Part shown: piece after piece, positions 35,090 through 48,190 of the stretch
Layout: the number at the start of each line of letters is the position of its first letter
How positions within the stretch are numbered: position 1 is the first letter of the stretch
Source: Mobula hypostoma
Taxonomy: Eukaryota
DNA: 64,000 bases
Reading direction: 5' to 3'
Assembly (NCBI RefSeq): GCF_963921235.1
Contig: NC_086106.1
Coordinates: forward strand, 34,658,001-34,722,000
Notes under the pieces: generated by a model
What the model saw: the letters and a program-made list of their open reading frames with translations, nothing else
The model's database searches: none
What the model was told of the DNA's origin: nothing
Position numbers and translations under genes: made by a program

Positions 35090-36380
35090 TTTCACCATCA
35101 GTCCTATGGCTCTTCTCCACCTATCGTGTCCAATCTTAACACATCATTGTCACTCTTCCATCCTTCACGCTGTTACTTCCTTTCCATCTCCCACCTGGGT
35201 TCACCAGCCACACGCTTGTTTGTGCTTCTACCCTCCCCACACTGTTTCACGCGGCTTCTGCCCTCCTCCTTTTCAGTCTTGATAAAGGGTCTCGGTCTGA
35301 AATTTCGACTGCAACACACAAAAAATACTGGAGGAACTCAGCAAGTCAGGCAGCATCTAGGGAAATTAATGAACAGTTGACATCTCAGGCTGAGATCGTT
35401 CACCAGGACTGGAAAGGAAGAGGGAAGTTACTGAATATGAAGGTGGAGGGAGGGGAGGAGGACAATTAAAGGTGAAGGCAGCAGGGTGGGGATGGGGGAT
35501 TGAACTGAGAAGATGGGAGGTGCTACGTGCAAAAGGGAAAGAGCTGGAGAAGAAGAATTTTTTTGGGAGAGAAGAATGAATTACGGGAGAAATGGAAGGA
35601 GAATGGTCACCATGGAAGGTAATAAGTTGCTGAAGAAAAGAGGGACGAGGCCAGAGTGGGGAATTGAAGAAGCAGGAAGAGAGAAAGAAAGGATTACCAG
35701 AAATTCCAAACATTGAAATTTATGCCATTCAGCTAAGGGCAACCTAGAGGGAGTACGTGTTTCTCTTACAACATGAGAATGGTCTCATCATGATAAAAGA
35801 GCAGACCATGGATCAACATGTTGGAACAGAAATGGGGATCAGAATTGAAATTATTGGCCCCCCAGAAATTCCTCTTTTAGCGATGCAGCTGAAGGGCTCA
35901 CAATATATTGTACATCAGATCTCAGCAATGTAGAAGAGACCACGCCCGGAGTATCGGACACATTAAACACCGATATGCAAGTGAGGTGTTGCCTCAGCTG
36001 GAAGGGTTGTTTATGGCCCTGAATGGAGGTGATGGAGGAGGTCAATGGGCAGGTGTTCACTTCTGTCGTTTGCAGCGTAAGTACCAGAGTGGAGATTAGG
36101 GAGGAGGAATGAATGCACAAGGACATCACAGAGGGAGTGATCCCTGTGGAAAGTGGGATAGGGCTGGGGAAAGTCCAGTTGTGTTTAGTGGTAGCGTCCC
36201 GTTGAAGATGGCTAAAGTTGCAGAGAATGATGTGCTGAATACGAAAACTCAGGGGTGGCAGAAAGGAAAAGAAGAATTACTCTCAAGGTGGCGGTAAGAT
36301 AGGGTGAGCGCGGACGTCTAGGAAATGGAGTACATGTGGGTGAGAGCAGCATCAATGGTGGAGGAAATGTCTGCTGTTCA
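35090..36380. mobile_element. Old Penelope-like remnant with inverted pLTR part
   Basis: Degenerate hammerhead at 35275-35310 and resemblance to the GIY-YIG region at 12200-12930. Confidence 0.6.
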
Positions 36381-38059
36381 CTTTCCGCCGTTGATGCCAC
36401 CTGAACTGCTGAGTTCCTTTAGTAACTTGTGTTGCATTTTCTTCTTAACTGTCCTTTTCACCTTTCTTGAAAGCTCCATAAGCAGGAACGCAATGCTTCC
36501 AGAGGTGTCATTTTTTTACTGTTAAGTATTATCTAAGATATTATACTTCAGATTTCCAATGTCCCCGCTCATCTACGCTTTTCACTATTTTCTGTAAAGG
36601 GACATAACCCATTTTTTATAGAACTAATCATAGTTTCATTCTGAAATACAAAACGTATAAAACAAATAATCAGAATTTACATCAAATTACAAAATTAATA
36701 CTGTAGATGTTTTCAGAGCCGCAATTTCGGTCCTCTCTGTATAATTTCAAGCACCTAAATATTGACAGGTGTGCAGCCATTTTGATTCTGATTATTTTCG
36801 TTTAAAAATAAATCCTAGGGTCTGCCCCGAAGCCATATATAGCATAAAGCTTCCAAATTGTAAAGGAACTAAAACAAGGAACTGGCATTTTCTCAGGAAG
36901 TTATTATGGCATCCATTTCAGAAAACCTCAACAATCTGTTCGGAACAAGGTGTGTTATCTTGCCCTTGACAGAGAATAATATGATTCTGACAGTTATTCT
37001 ATATTCCAATGTGTGTTTGTTTGAAGTTAGTGAACTTGTAGATCTTTGGTACAATTGAGAGCATAGGAACACAGCCTAAATTTGGGGTGTTCCAACCCTT
37101 CCAAAAGCCCTTTAGTCAGAAACCTTTCTCCTGATAATTTATCTGACTTTCATGTCAGGTAAACTTGGAGAGAAGTTAGAATATACCTTTACCAAACAAA
37201 CCAGATCTAAAATGTCTTCCTGGCAAATGGGTACGATAGACTTTGATGACAAATTGGCTAATGTTTTAAGAGTGGATGAATCTTTTCCATGGATAAGACT
37301 CGCCAATCACAGTCAGAGATGATTAAAAATAGACTTTGAAATAAGGCATTCATTATAACCTCCAGAGAGCTAGTGTGCTTTTAGTATTAGACTCCAGATA
37401 TTAATATGACAGGACAGGTGGCTGCATGGCACCAGTGCTCAGTTACCATTCGGCCAGCTGCACACTATTTTCCTACAATATATCAGCATATTATCTAAGG
37501 TGAACATTTTTGCAAACTTTATTTCAAATCATAGCAACCTATGTGCATTACGTACCAACAATGCTTGCTTTCTATTTACAGACCGAGCACTGTGTAAGTA
37601 AATTAATTATTGTACTAAATCTCTTCAGTATGTTTACTAACTGGGGAACTATGAATGACTAAATTCTAGATACTAAGTCTCTTCACGTGCAAAAACATTA
37701 ATATGTTAATCAGTGGCGAACCCACAGCATGCACACATTTCCATATCCGCAATGAAACCAACATAACTATTCGGAATATGACTGAGCTATGCAAACCGGA
37801 ATACGAGCAGGAAACAGCAAGAGGTGCAAGACAGTGATAACAAGGGTAAAATCACCATTAACGTCCTTGTGAGTAAGAATGGCAAAATAAACAAATGATT
37901 TCAACACCATCTTGTGTGATTAGACTGTAGTTCTGCAGATGTAATGACACAAGTCAGTAAACTAGTGGACAGATTTTAGAAGTGCGGAACGCAAGAATGC
38001 ATTAATCTGTCAGGATTTATTCCTGTAAAGTAGAGATAAATAGACTTTCTTAATTTATG

Positions 38060-38705
38060 CATCGAATTTAAATTATGCAGGTTTGCCCGTGATGCTTTGG
38101 GCAGTCTCGAATACCCATTATAGAGCCGTCCTCTTCGTCAGAGTGCAGTTTCCACCCTACTCGCCATCAAAGGGATATATGCAGGGAGGTGTCATAAAAG
38201 GGCCAGTAAAATCATAAAAGATCCTCCCCACCCTGTTCAGGGAGTGTCTGTCCCTCTCCTATTAGGGAGGACGATATGTAGCATTTACACGAGGACCACC
38301 AGACCCAAAAACAATTAGTTTCCAGAAGTAGTAATGTCGATCAACACCTGCACTCACAAGCCACCCCTCCACACCCCCAATCACAACTACTTTAAAATTT
38401 CCTGTCAGTCATCTTACACTCAGACAATCCTGTGCTTTGCGTCACTTCATGGATAAGATCGATTCATGTGTACAATCTATCTTCCATACCTATATTGAAT
38501 ATGTTATCACTATTTATAGTTGCTGAGCTCAAGTCGGTAAAACCTGAGTTATGGGCATAACCAAGCACACTCATTATTATTATTATTACGATTTCACCTT
38601 GTTGCGTTTTTTACTGCATTGGATTCCGAATAACAATTATTTCGTTCTCCTATACATTTGTGTCAGGGAATTACATTAAGCAGTCTTGAATCTTGAATCC
38701 TGAAT
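38060..38705 (+). mobile_element. Rex1/Babar-like 3' fragment
   Basis: Resembles 62500-62950; (TCTTGAA)n tail at about 38684-38705. Confidence 0.55.
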
Positions 38706-38782
38706 TTTGATTAAAGTTTTAATGTATAGTAATTAGGCCTCAGTTTAGAAATCAAACAGGAACAGATTTGAAAGGATATTAA

Positions 38783-38980
38783 CATACATAAATGTTGCTA
38801 GTGAACGCAGCAGGCCAGACAACATCTCACTCTTCCTTCAGTTAGTCCTGACGAAGGGTCTAGGCCTGAAACGTCGACTGCACCTCTTCCTAGAGATGCT
38901 GCCTGGCCTGCTGCGTTCACCAGCAACGTGTATGTGTGTTGCTTGAATTTCCAGCATCTGCAGACTTCCTGTTGTTTGCG
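38783..38980 (+). mobile_element. 198-bp Penelope pLTR insertion (short inverted part plus direct part) with 15-bp TSD
   Basis: TTGAAAGGATATTAA at 38768-38782 and 38981-38995. Confidence 0.88.
38844..38879 (+). ncRNA. Minimal hammerhead ribozyme motif
   Basis: AGUC-CUGACGA-AGGGUCUAGGCCU-GAAAC-GUC-GACU. Confidence 0.65.
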
Positions 38981-41234
38981 TTGAAAGGATATTAATTCCT
39001 TTGGTGATACTGAGTGCTAAATGAGAACATAAGCATACGTCGTGGAAATATGGTTCTCTTCAAGACTGCTCAGTCAGTCCTGAGATACTGGGCGATCTGT
39101 ACTTGACTTTGCATTTTGTTGCTTGATCGCCAAAATCTTTCATTGTCAGGGGTGGAACCAGGAGATGCCTGAACTTTTCCTCCAAGGATATTGGAGATTA
39201 AGTAGATATTTCATGGACGTATTCGATGTTATTTGGTCATTTGATTGAAAAAAAAACTGAAGAATCATATTTGAAATTCTGAGGAGCTGAAGAACAGCGG
39301 GCAATAATATTAAATATTTGACAATAAACCAAAGGGAGTACTGTATTTACTCCGCGAGTTCTTATATTCTGGCAAGTGAAAAGAAATTCAACAAGTATTT
39401 TCAATTAATAGACAGTTTGAAATTAAATGTTCACCAGTACAGACGAGGGAGAGGGTGCTGGTAGAAACGGCACTATAGATTTCCAATAAGACAGATTGGC
39501 CGTACAGTATGTTGATTCATTCCAGATTTCTATGAATGCAATAAATCGCAACATGTAAAAATAGAATCCATAGTGATGTACATGAACGACATCTATGCTT
39601 TGCTTGCACTTGGTTCAAGAGTTATTAATTTTTATTCAAAAGGAAAACAGCACCCAGAAATATGTGGACGCGGAACAATCTGGTACTTATAACCACCCCG
39701 CCACAAAATTCATCCAGAGATATTTATGATTTTTTTATTTATAAATCAATTGGCTAAGGTTTAGAACACAGTTTTGATGATGACTGGAAACCATAAAACC
39801 TGGCAACTCTCAAGATGGACACTGATAATCAGGTGTCATTTCACAACTCTTATTGATTACACCTGTTATTTTAATAATGATTAAGAGTGAGCTATGCGGT
39901 TTATAATTTGTTGAATTGCAGTTGTTCTGCTTTTCAGACACGGGACTTTCTTTAGGCATTTGTTTCAAATTGCCATTAAGATGCGCGTGTACCAGACGAG
40001 CCTGGCTGGAGGCGCAGCTACTTCAGGTCAGAGAGGCATAGAATCATACAATATAGATGACGGCCTTTTGTCTACCACATCCAATCTGACTCTTTGTCCA
40101 AACGAATTAAATCATATTATCCCCGTTAGGTCTGTGTGCTGATACGCATTACCTTCTCGGTAATCTGCAAGCCCAGTTGAGCTATTGCTGGGACTTACAT
40201 GAATGCAATAACATTTGCTGTACCCAGTCCTTTCAGACTTTTCCTGATATGGTGTGGACTGAATCTAGTAGGTTGTAGAGTGTCTTTCCTGGAGGTGGAG
40301 ATACCAGGAGGAAGTGGAGATTAATCAATTGTCCAGCGCTTAGGGTTGAACATGCTCACCGATGTCACAATCGTGTACAGTCATATTATGTCCCACCATC
40401 ATTGAAGATAGGGATATTCTTAAAGCCTCTTCTACCAAAAATAATTTAAAATTCGCTCCTTTCTCTTTCTTATTCAACAGCAAGATGCATGACACAACAA
40501 AAAAAAACATTTTAAAGGTTGTAATATTTACTTGATTCGAATTATGTAAAGGATAATCTCTCTCTCTCCCGACTGTCACCACATTCAAATCTGACACCAT
40601 TTTGTTCTGGAATCTTGCATTTCGTGTGACAGATCTTGGCATTTATCAAAGACGGGTCACATTTTATTCTTTTCTTACACTTCACTTCATGATATATTAT
40701 ACTAAAAAGCAAAATACTACTTTGCAAAAACTAAACTACAGTAAGTACAAACTTAATATCAACAGGAATATTATAATTAATGTTCCATATGGGTAATAAA
40801 TCATACTGTATAGTTGGGAGCTGATGCTACAATCGGCTAATATCTCCCTTCAGGCAGGGAGCTAAGAGAAACTGCACTACAAGCAGTACTAGTGTCACAG
40901 TTATCGAACGATTTGAAAGGATTCTAAGTTAAGGGTGTATCTGGACAATGATCTCCCAATTCCAAAACCTATTCCTAAAATCGGGATCACACAATATTTC
41001 ATTTGCTTTGACAACATGCGGTTGTATTCCATTGTGTGGTTAGTCAGTCGAGGTTAAACCCATTGAAGTGAGGAAAAACGTTCTGCGGAGGTACGACTTT
41101 CGTGAGTCTTTCTCGCGCATTCAGATCGCATTCTCCCTGGAGCATGGTCCATGTTGTTGATCGGGTTACATCCAGCATCCTAATTTCACCTAAAATAAGC
41201 AAAACATTTGTTTATTATTTGTCTTAAATCACTC

Positions 41235-41640
41235 TCATTCGATTTCTTCCTGTTTAAATACGAGGTGTTCTGCCCAGGACAGACAAACGTTACCATCTCC
41301 GTTTGAAACAGCCTCCCCATTGTAATCGACATCATTTGGAATGTACACCCGTACTTGCCTTCCCCTGGGAAATCCTTCTACAGTGCACGCCTCTTCCCCC
41401 GTTTCCAAAGTACATTCTTGTAATCGATGACCTTTGGAAAAGGGCCTCTCATTCAAGTTGTACAGGGCTTGGTGTAGTGCAGTCAGCCACCCCTGTAAGG
41501 CATGGTTTGATATCCATAAGATAATCTGCTGTTTCTAAAGTTCATTCATCCTCTCACTCAGCCTGATGCTTAGGGGTAATATGGTCCCTGATATGCCAAA
41601 TAAATGCTTTTCCTGGAAGCCCAGCACTTTACAGGTTGTC
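41235..41640 (-). mobile_element. Possible endogenous retrovirus integrase C-terminal remnant
   Basis: With stops and a frameshift it reads YYP*ASG*VERMNEL*KQQI...GWLTALHQALYNLNERP, like the retroviral PYHPQASGxxERxN...W...L..AL..LN.RP motif. Confidence 0.45.
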
Positions 41641-41724
41641 CGTCAAAATGAAACCCGTTACCCGTTTGTATTTTTGGGGATCCCCGTAGCAACTAATTAA
41701 CTTCTGCCATTACTCCCGAGCAAC

Positions 41725-42780
41725 ACACACACAAAATGCTGGTGGAACTCAGCAGACCAGGCAGCATCTATGGAAACGTTTCGGTCCGAGACCCTTCATC
41801 AGGACTGGAAAGCAAGAGGAAGATACCAGAATAAGAAAGCAAACAAGCTAGAAGGTGATAGGTCGATAGAGGAGGGGCAATGAGGTTAGAAGCTTAATCT
41901 AGTAGGATATGAAGGTGTATCAAAGGAGAACGTGAAGGAGGAGCGCCACCACTGGGAGGTGAGAGGCTTAAGAGCCAGAGAGGTGAATTGAAGAAGAGGG
42001 AATGGGGAGCAGAAGTATCGGAATTTGGAGAAATCGATGTTCATGCCATCAGGTTGGAAGCTACCTAGATGGAATATGAGCTGTTACTCCTTCAATTTGA
42101 GAGTGTCCTCATCAATGAAGAAGAGGTGGCCATGGACCAACAAGTCAGAAAGGGAATGTGGATAAAAAACTAATATGGATGGTCACTGGGAAATTCCGGA
42201 TTTGCAACTGAAGCAGAGAGACTGAACAGTGTGGGCTCCCCAGTTGAACGGCAAAGAACCCCGACCCCGCAATAATTACCACTTCAACAGTCTCTAGCCG
42301 TCCTCCTCTTCTTTGACACCCTCTTCTGGTTTTCTGCCTATCCTGAATGTTTTCATTATTGACGAGACATCATTCGGCTCAGATTCAGCACTCCATTCTC
42401 CTCTTTTAACCTCAAACCTTCTGAACGCACTGTCATCCTCTCTCTCCCCAGCAATCCAAACCTTACCATCAAACTGGCAAATAAAGGGGTGCTGTTGTGG
42501 TGTGGCGGACTTAGATCTACCTTGGTGAGGCCTGGTGACAACTCTCAGCACCTCCTCTTACTTTCCCCTTGAAAAGGACCTCAGTCAGGACCATCAGGAC
42601 ATTATCTCCAATACTATCATCAACCTCCTCAACTCTGAAGGTTTCCTATACGCTGTCAACAAACTCATTGTTTATTTACCCCGCACTTCACGTTACTACT
42701 ACCTACCTAAGATGCACAAAGCTGACTCTCCGGGTAGGCCTATTGTTTGTGCCTGCTCCTGCCCCATGAAGGTACATCGC
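41725..42780. mobile_element. Old Penelope-like fragments in opposing orientations
   Basis: pLTR with broken hammerhead at about 41776-41806; RT N-terminal remnant (YYLPKMHKADSPGRPIV) at 42700-42770. Confidence 0.65.
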
Positions 42781-42829
42781 TAGGGATTTGTTGCATTGTC
42801 CACTGCGGTGGACATGGCTCACTCCAGAG

Positions 42830-43530
42830 AAGCTGATTGCAGTGGATTAGCCCGAGGGCTTTTCTAATCAACGATGGACCAAAATGTTGAGTCAGGAAGG
42901 GCAAGAGCTGGAGCACTGTGTTTCCTGAAGAAGCTACTTGTGTTGTTCAGACGTACCTGGAACATCTTGTTCACCTGACCTGTAACATCTATGATTACGT
43001 GCCATACATTCTACGTGCTGAGAGAGTTATCGTTAGTGATCCTGGCTGCAGTTGGCATGCTGACAAAAGCAAGCACTCGAGGTATTGAGTGCCACGATGA
43101 AGAAAGAAGAAACTGCGTACCACAACATCATGGAAATCATTGTAGGGTACTTCATTTAGGCTTATTTGTAACTATCTCTGGCAAGTTATCATCACCATAT
43201 CACCTGGAGTACAAGAGGTCTCAACGCACTTGGCCACGGTCATACTACGATTAGGAATGCCTACCATTCGATCTCTACTCCGCATTTTGCGAAATCTGAT
43301 CATCTGGCTGTTCTCCTCCAATATGCATACAAGCAGGGGCCAAACTGCAAGGCTTCAGAGGTACGGCCAACAATGAGCTGATCCCGGGAGGTAGAAGAAC
43401 GGCTACAAGATTGCTTTGAGTCAGTGGACTGTGCCGAATTCAAGCAGTCTTCAGAGCATCTGAACGGAAATGCCATGATTTTCCCAGGCTTCCACAGATA
43501 GCCATAGACGAGGTTGTGTGGGGTCGCACA
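42830..43530 (+). mobile_element. Rex1/Babar-like endonuclease/linker remnant
   Basis: SDHLAVLL...EERLQDCFESVD motif at 43290-43440. Confidence 0.55.
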
Positions 43531-43559
43531 TAAAAGACTATTTGGAGTCAGGTGTTCCA

Positions 43560-45190
43560 ATCAATGAGATGAGATTTGAGGTGTGGGTTACAGAGGTGTC
43601 CTACCCTATATAAAAAAAAGAAAACAACACACAGATTCCGGTTACTGACAGAGTCTGCTGTCTCAAGAAAGAGGCACCAAGCCTCAATCAGAACAACTTT
43701 CAGCGGACCTTTGAAGAAGAATTGTGGAGATGTTTGAAACTGGAAAAGGTTACTAAAGCCTTTCTAAAGAGATGAGTGTTCATCATTCTACAGAAAGAGA
43801 TATTGGAGGTGTGACGAGAATACACATAGATAAGATGTTAGCTGTCCTGTGTGATCAGCAGTTGGTCTGCCACCTGTCTTCAAGAGAGAGATAAGGAACA
43901 CAATGAAACAGCATCGGGAGATGTGTAATGAAGGGACGGGAGAGAGAGCTGTCTGGAGCGGCTCCCCCTTTGAACCCTGAACTGTTTGAAGTGGTGGACA
44001 GGCGATGCCCCAGCAGGGGGATAAAAAGGGACAGGTTCGCTAAGGCAGGACACACACGACACCCGAGGTAACGAGACCCTGGAAGCGGTGCACCTCTCAC
44101 GAGTCGGTGGGAGGTACCGCACCTTAAGCGCACAGGGTGGAAAGGTACGATCAGCGGGAACCCGGTGTGTGTCCACCCTCGCTTGGGTGCCGGGTTCATT
44201 GCAGAGGATCGACCGCATCTGGAGGAGGGGTCACAGTCGGTGACCTCAGGTGACATCACAAAGGACCCGCCCGAAAGCTACTTGTGAGAAATATCGCCGG
44301 TCTGTGAGTGGAAGCCGTTTCTGAATGATCAGTCGTTCCCGTTCTCTCTCTCTCTCTCCCCCTACGTTGTCCATCGCCATGGCAACGATTACTGCGAACT
44401 GAACTACTAAATTGGACTGAACTTTGTGTCACTTTGAAATTGGTCATTAATCCCTTGACAACGATAGAGCTTGATTGATGCTGTTATCTTAATTCTGTGC
44501 ACATGTGTGTTTATCATTGCTGAACTGTTGCATTTATTATCCTTTCGACTACTGTGTTGCGTCTTTCTTTAATAAAACTTTCTTAGTTCTAGTAATCCAG
44601 ACTCCAACTGAGTGATCCATTTCTGCTGGTTTGGCAGTACGTAACAGATGAAACTGAATACTGTTGCTACATTCCCTAGGAGTGCGCATCCTGCAAAAAT
44701 CACAACAAAAGCACATCGTGCAGTGCTGAGGGAGGTGAAAAAGAACCCAATGATAACAGTACAAGACCTGCAGAAATCTCTAGAACTTGTTAAAATCTCT
44801 GTACATGTGTCCACTATAAGAAAACACTGAACAAGAAAGGTGTTCTTGGAAGGACACCACGACTGAAAGAGTTGCTGTCCAAAAAAAAACAACAACAACA
44901 ACACACATTGCTGTATGTCTGACGTTTGAAAATGACCACCTGGATGTTGTACAACACTTCTGGGACAACGCCCTTTGGACAGCTGAGACTAAAGTTGAGC
45001 TTTTTGGCAGAAATGCATATTGCTGTGTTTGGAGGAAAAAGGGCACTGTACACTAACACCAAAACCTCACCCCAACTGTGAACCATGATTTTGGGCTGTT
45101 TTGCGTTCTCGCGGCCTGGATAGCTTGCAATCGTTGAGGGAGCAATGAATTCAAATTTGTATCAAGAATGCCAGGGTAGCAGGCCGTCAC
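43560..45190 (+). mobile_element. Tc1/mariner transposase remnant split by a solo LTR
   Basis: PRSAHPAKIT...VLREVKKNPMITVQDLQKSL...VHVSTIRK motif and downstream W..ETKVE.FG-like sequence. Confidence 0.8.
43810..44646 (+). mobile_element. Solo LTR related to the LTRs at 26106 and 29986
   Basis: TGTGACG...CGTAACA; colinear with the 861-bp LTR but clearly more diverged; flanks GAGG / GATG. Confidence 0.92.
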
Positions 45191-45406
45191 CTGCAGCATC
45201 ATAAAGTCTTCACAATGAGGGATAGATGTGGATAGGAACAGGATGTCCACAGTGAAAATAAGGCAATTATGAAACCGCAAGCTGTTGAAGTGATGGAGAA
45301 CATGTGATGTGTCACGGATGTTGGAAGGTAGAGTTGTTGTTAGGGATAGGAATGAACTAAGCGGAGCAAAATAGAGACGAGGTTTGCAGATATGAGGTCG
45401 TGGGTT

Positions 45407-45556
45407 ACATAGAAACATAGAAACATAGAAAATAGGTGCAGGAGTAGGCCATTCGGCCCTTCGAGCCTGCACCGCCATTTATTATGATCATGGCTGATCA
45501 TCCAACTCAGAACCCAGCCTTCCCTCCATACCCCCTGACCCCTGTAGCCACAAGGG
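45407..45556 (-). mobile_element. About 150-bp CR1 3' end identical to that at 22391-22535
   Basis: Direct comparison; GGGTT on both flanks. Confidence 0.9.
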
Positions 45557-46744
45557 TTCTTTGTGTTCTGAGGCTTTGCCCTCTTATCAGACTTATCCAC
45601 TTTAGGAAGCTCCTTCCCCACCTCCGCTCTATCTAGGTCATTCAATACTTAATATGCTTCAGTGAGATCCCCCTCATTATTTTGAACTCCTGCGAGTTCA
45701 GACCCAGGGCCAACAAATTCAACTCCTACGAAACCATTTAATTTCGGGATCATTCTCGTGAACCACTTCCGGATCATCTCAAATGACAGCATATTCTTTC
45801 TTAGATAACGTGACACAATTGCTCACAATACTCCAGTGCAGGTTGATGTGTTCTTGATTTAGTAAGAGAGTCAATGATTACCGGGAGAAGGCAGAGAATG
45901 GGGTGGAGAGGGATAATTCTCTCCGTGTGGAAAATAGTCCACGCCTTTATTCCTCTGACCAAAGTGCATTACCATGCACTTCCCTGTACTTTATTCCATC
46001 TGCCATTTATTTGGCCGTTCTTCTAATCCATCTAAGTCTTTCCGTGGACTTGCTACTTCATCAACACTTCCAGCATTGGCTTCCTACCGTCAACGGGCCT
46101 TCTGAAGATCCATGTAGACAACATCTACTGGCTCTTCTTGGTCTGTCCTGTATTTATTTCTCTAAAACATTGCAACAGATTTGTCAGGCAAGACTTCGTC
46201 TTCAGGAGACCATTTTATTTTATCATGTGCCTCCAAGTACCCCAAAACTTCATCCTTAGTAATGCACTACAGCACTGTAGTTAGTGTACCTGGCCTGTAA
46301 TGTTCTGCCTTTTTCCTCCCTTCCTTTTGAAAGAGTGGAGTGGCCTTTGTAATTTTGCAATCCTCTAAAACCATTGCATAATCAAGCGATTATTTGTAGA
46401 TCGCAATTAATACCTCTAAAATCATAGAGTGCTGAAAATGAAGAGTGAAACAGAGTGATTGACAGCATTTGAAATGAATCGTGGGAGCACAGTTATCAAG
46501 TTTGTGGCTTTGTGCCGGGTACTGGAAGGTTGGGTTAATACTGATGGTTGCTCACTGCTCAGAGTGGGCATGCTGAGTTGAATACCCTATTTCTATACCG
46601 TATGAATCTATGACATTAATTCCCACATTGTTAACAAGCACGATTTTCTGTGTCGGTGCATCTGTCAAAAGGATGACCTATGTTTATTTTTCCTTTTGGT
46701 GGCATTGTTGAAACACAAACAACGCGTATGTTCCTTCAGGAATC

Positions 46745-48190
46745 TTCAACAACCAAGATCTTCTAACTCTGACCAAGCCAGGTTCAGGCCAGGCCACTCT
46801 TGCTGCGGTCAGGTCCTGAACTTAACCCACTATAATGAGGATGGCTTTGAAATGCGACAAATTACAGGGACAGTATTCGTTGACTTAATAGCAGCATACG
46901 ACACTATAAATCACGGAGGCCTTCTGCTAAAACTATCTAAAAGAACGAAACTACAGTCAAAGTAATAAGAAGCCTCCTAGAAAATCACAGGTTTTATGCA
47001 GAAATGAATGGAATTAAGAGTAGGTGGCGTCCACAAAACAACGGCTAGCACAAGGATCAGTCCTGGCACCTCTACTATTTAATGTTTACACAAACGACCA
47101 ACCAACCTTTCCTAACACACGCAGGTTTATGTATGCAGACGACCTATGCATAGCAACACAAGATAAATCCTTCCAAGAAGTTGAAATACAACTTAACAGC
47201 AGTCCGTGAAGCAATGAAGCAGTATTATGCAAAATGGTCTCTGAACCCAAATCCATCAAAAACTCAAGTGTGTGCATTCCACCTGAGGAATCGAGAAGCA
47301 GCTCGGAAATTCAAGATCTCCTGGTTTGGGAAGGAGCTCGAACACCATTGGATTCCAATTTACCTGGGCGCATAACACTGGTTAGGACGCTCTCATTTGC
47401 CACCCACATCCAAAAACTCCGAGGGATTGTTGGCTCTCGTAATTCTCTCTAGAAAAAAAATAGCAGGCACGAAATGGGGGGCTAATGCTCACACACTTAG
47501 ATCAACTGCCCTAGCACTCTGCTATGCACCTGCAGAATACTGTGCAACCGTATGGGGCAGAGCAGCCCATGCGAAGAAAATAGACCCGTTGCTTAACGAA
47601 GCCTGCCGAATAATCATGGACACATCGCGCCACAAATCCAATAACATCATTTACAGACTTGCAGGCATTGCCACCAATCCCCGACCCCAGAGATCTGAGG
47701 ACACACTACAACAAAAATTGAAAAAGGTAAACAGAACTCAGATCCACGGCACCCACTACATCATCATGTGCCAGTTTACAACCGCCTAAAATCGAGGAAA
47801 AGCTTTGCTACAGTGGAGGAACTACCGCACGGAACATTCCCCTAACATACAGGATTGACCTCTGGCAACAAACGGAAGCCAGAACCCCACCAAACAATAC
47901 AGTGCAAGACCCCATAAAATGTTGCCGGACGGGGAACTGCTTGACAGACGGAAGTGGTGCACTCTCAATAGAGCGATAGCGGGAGTTTGTAGGACGGGAG
48001 ACAATATGGTGAAGTGGGTTTTAAAGACCACTGTTTCCTGTGAGCGTGGCAAAAGGGTGCAGAACATTGAACACGTTCTGCTCAACTGCCCACTCTCACC
48101 TGATTTAGCTGACACTGACCTGCTCAACATCAACCAAACAACACTGGAGTGGCTGGCTGTTTTGGTATGACAAGTTATGATGATGACTTC
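46745..48190 (+). mobile_element. Non-LTR retrotransposon RT remnant (RTE/RTE-X-like)
   Basis: FRPGHSC...VFVDLIAAYDT, QGSVLAPLLFNVY, YADD, C-terminal KW....C..G...Q..EHVL..CP motif, (TGA)n tail. Confidence 0.75.

Noticed and set aside
36500-38050. AT-rich non-repeat stretch as a possible gene
   Set aside because: No ORF with a recognisable motif or convincing splice pair
40190-40285. Minus-strand exon-like segment (CCTCCAG...GTAAGT)
   Set aside because: Only one short open frame with no recognisable similarity and no partner exons
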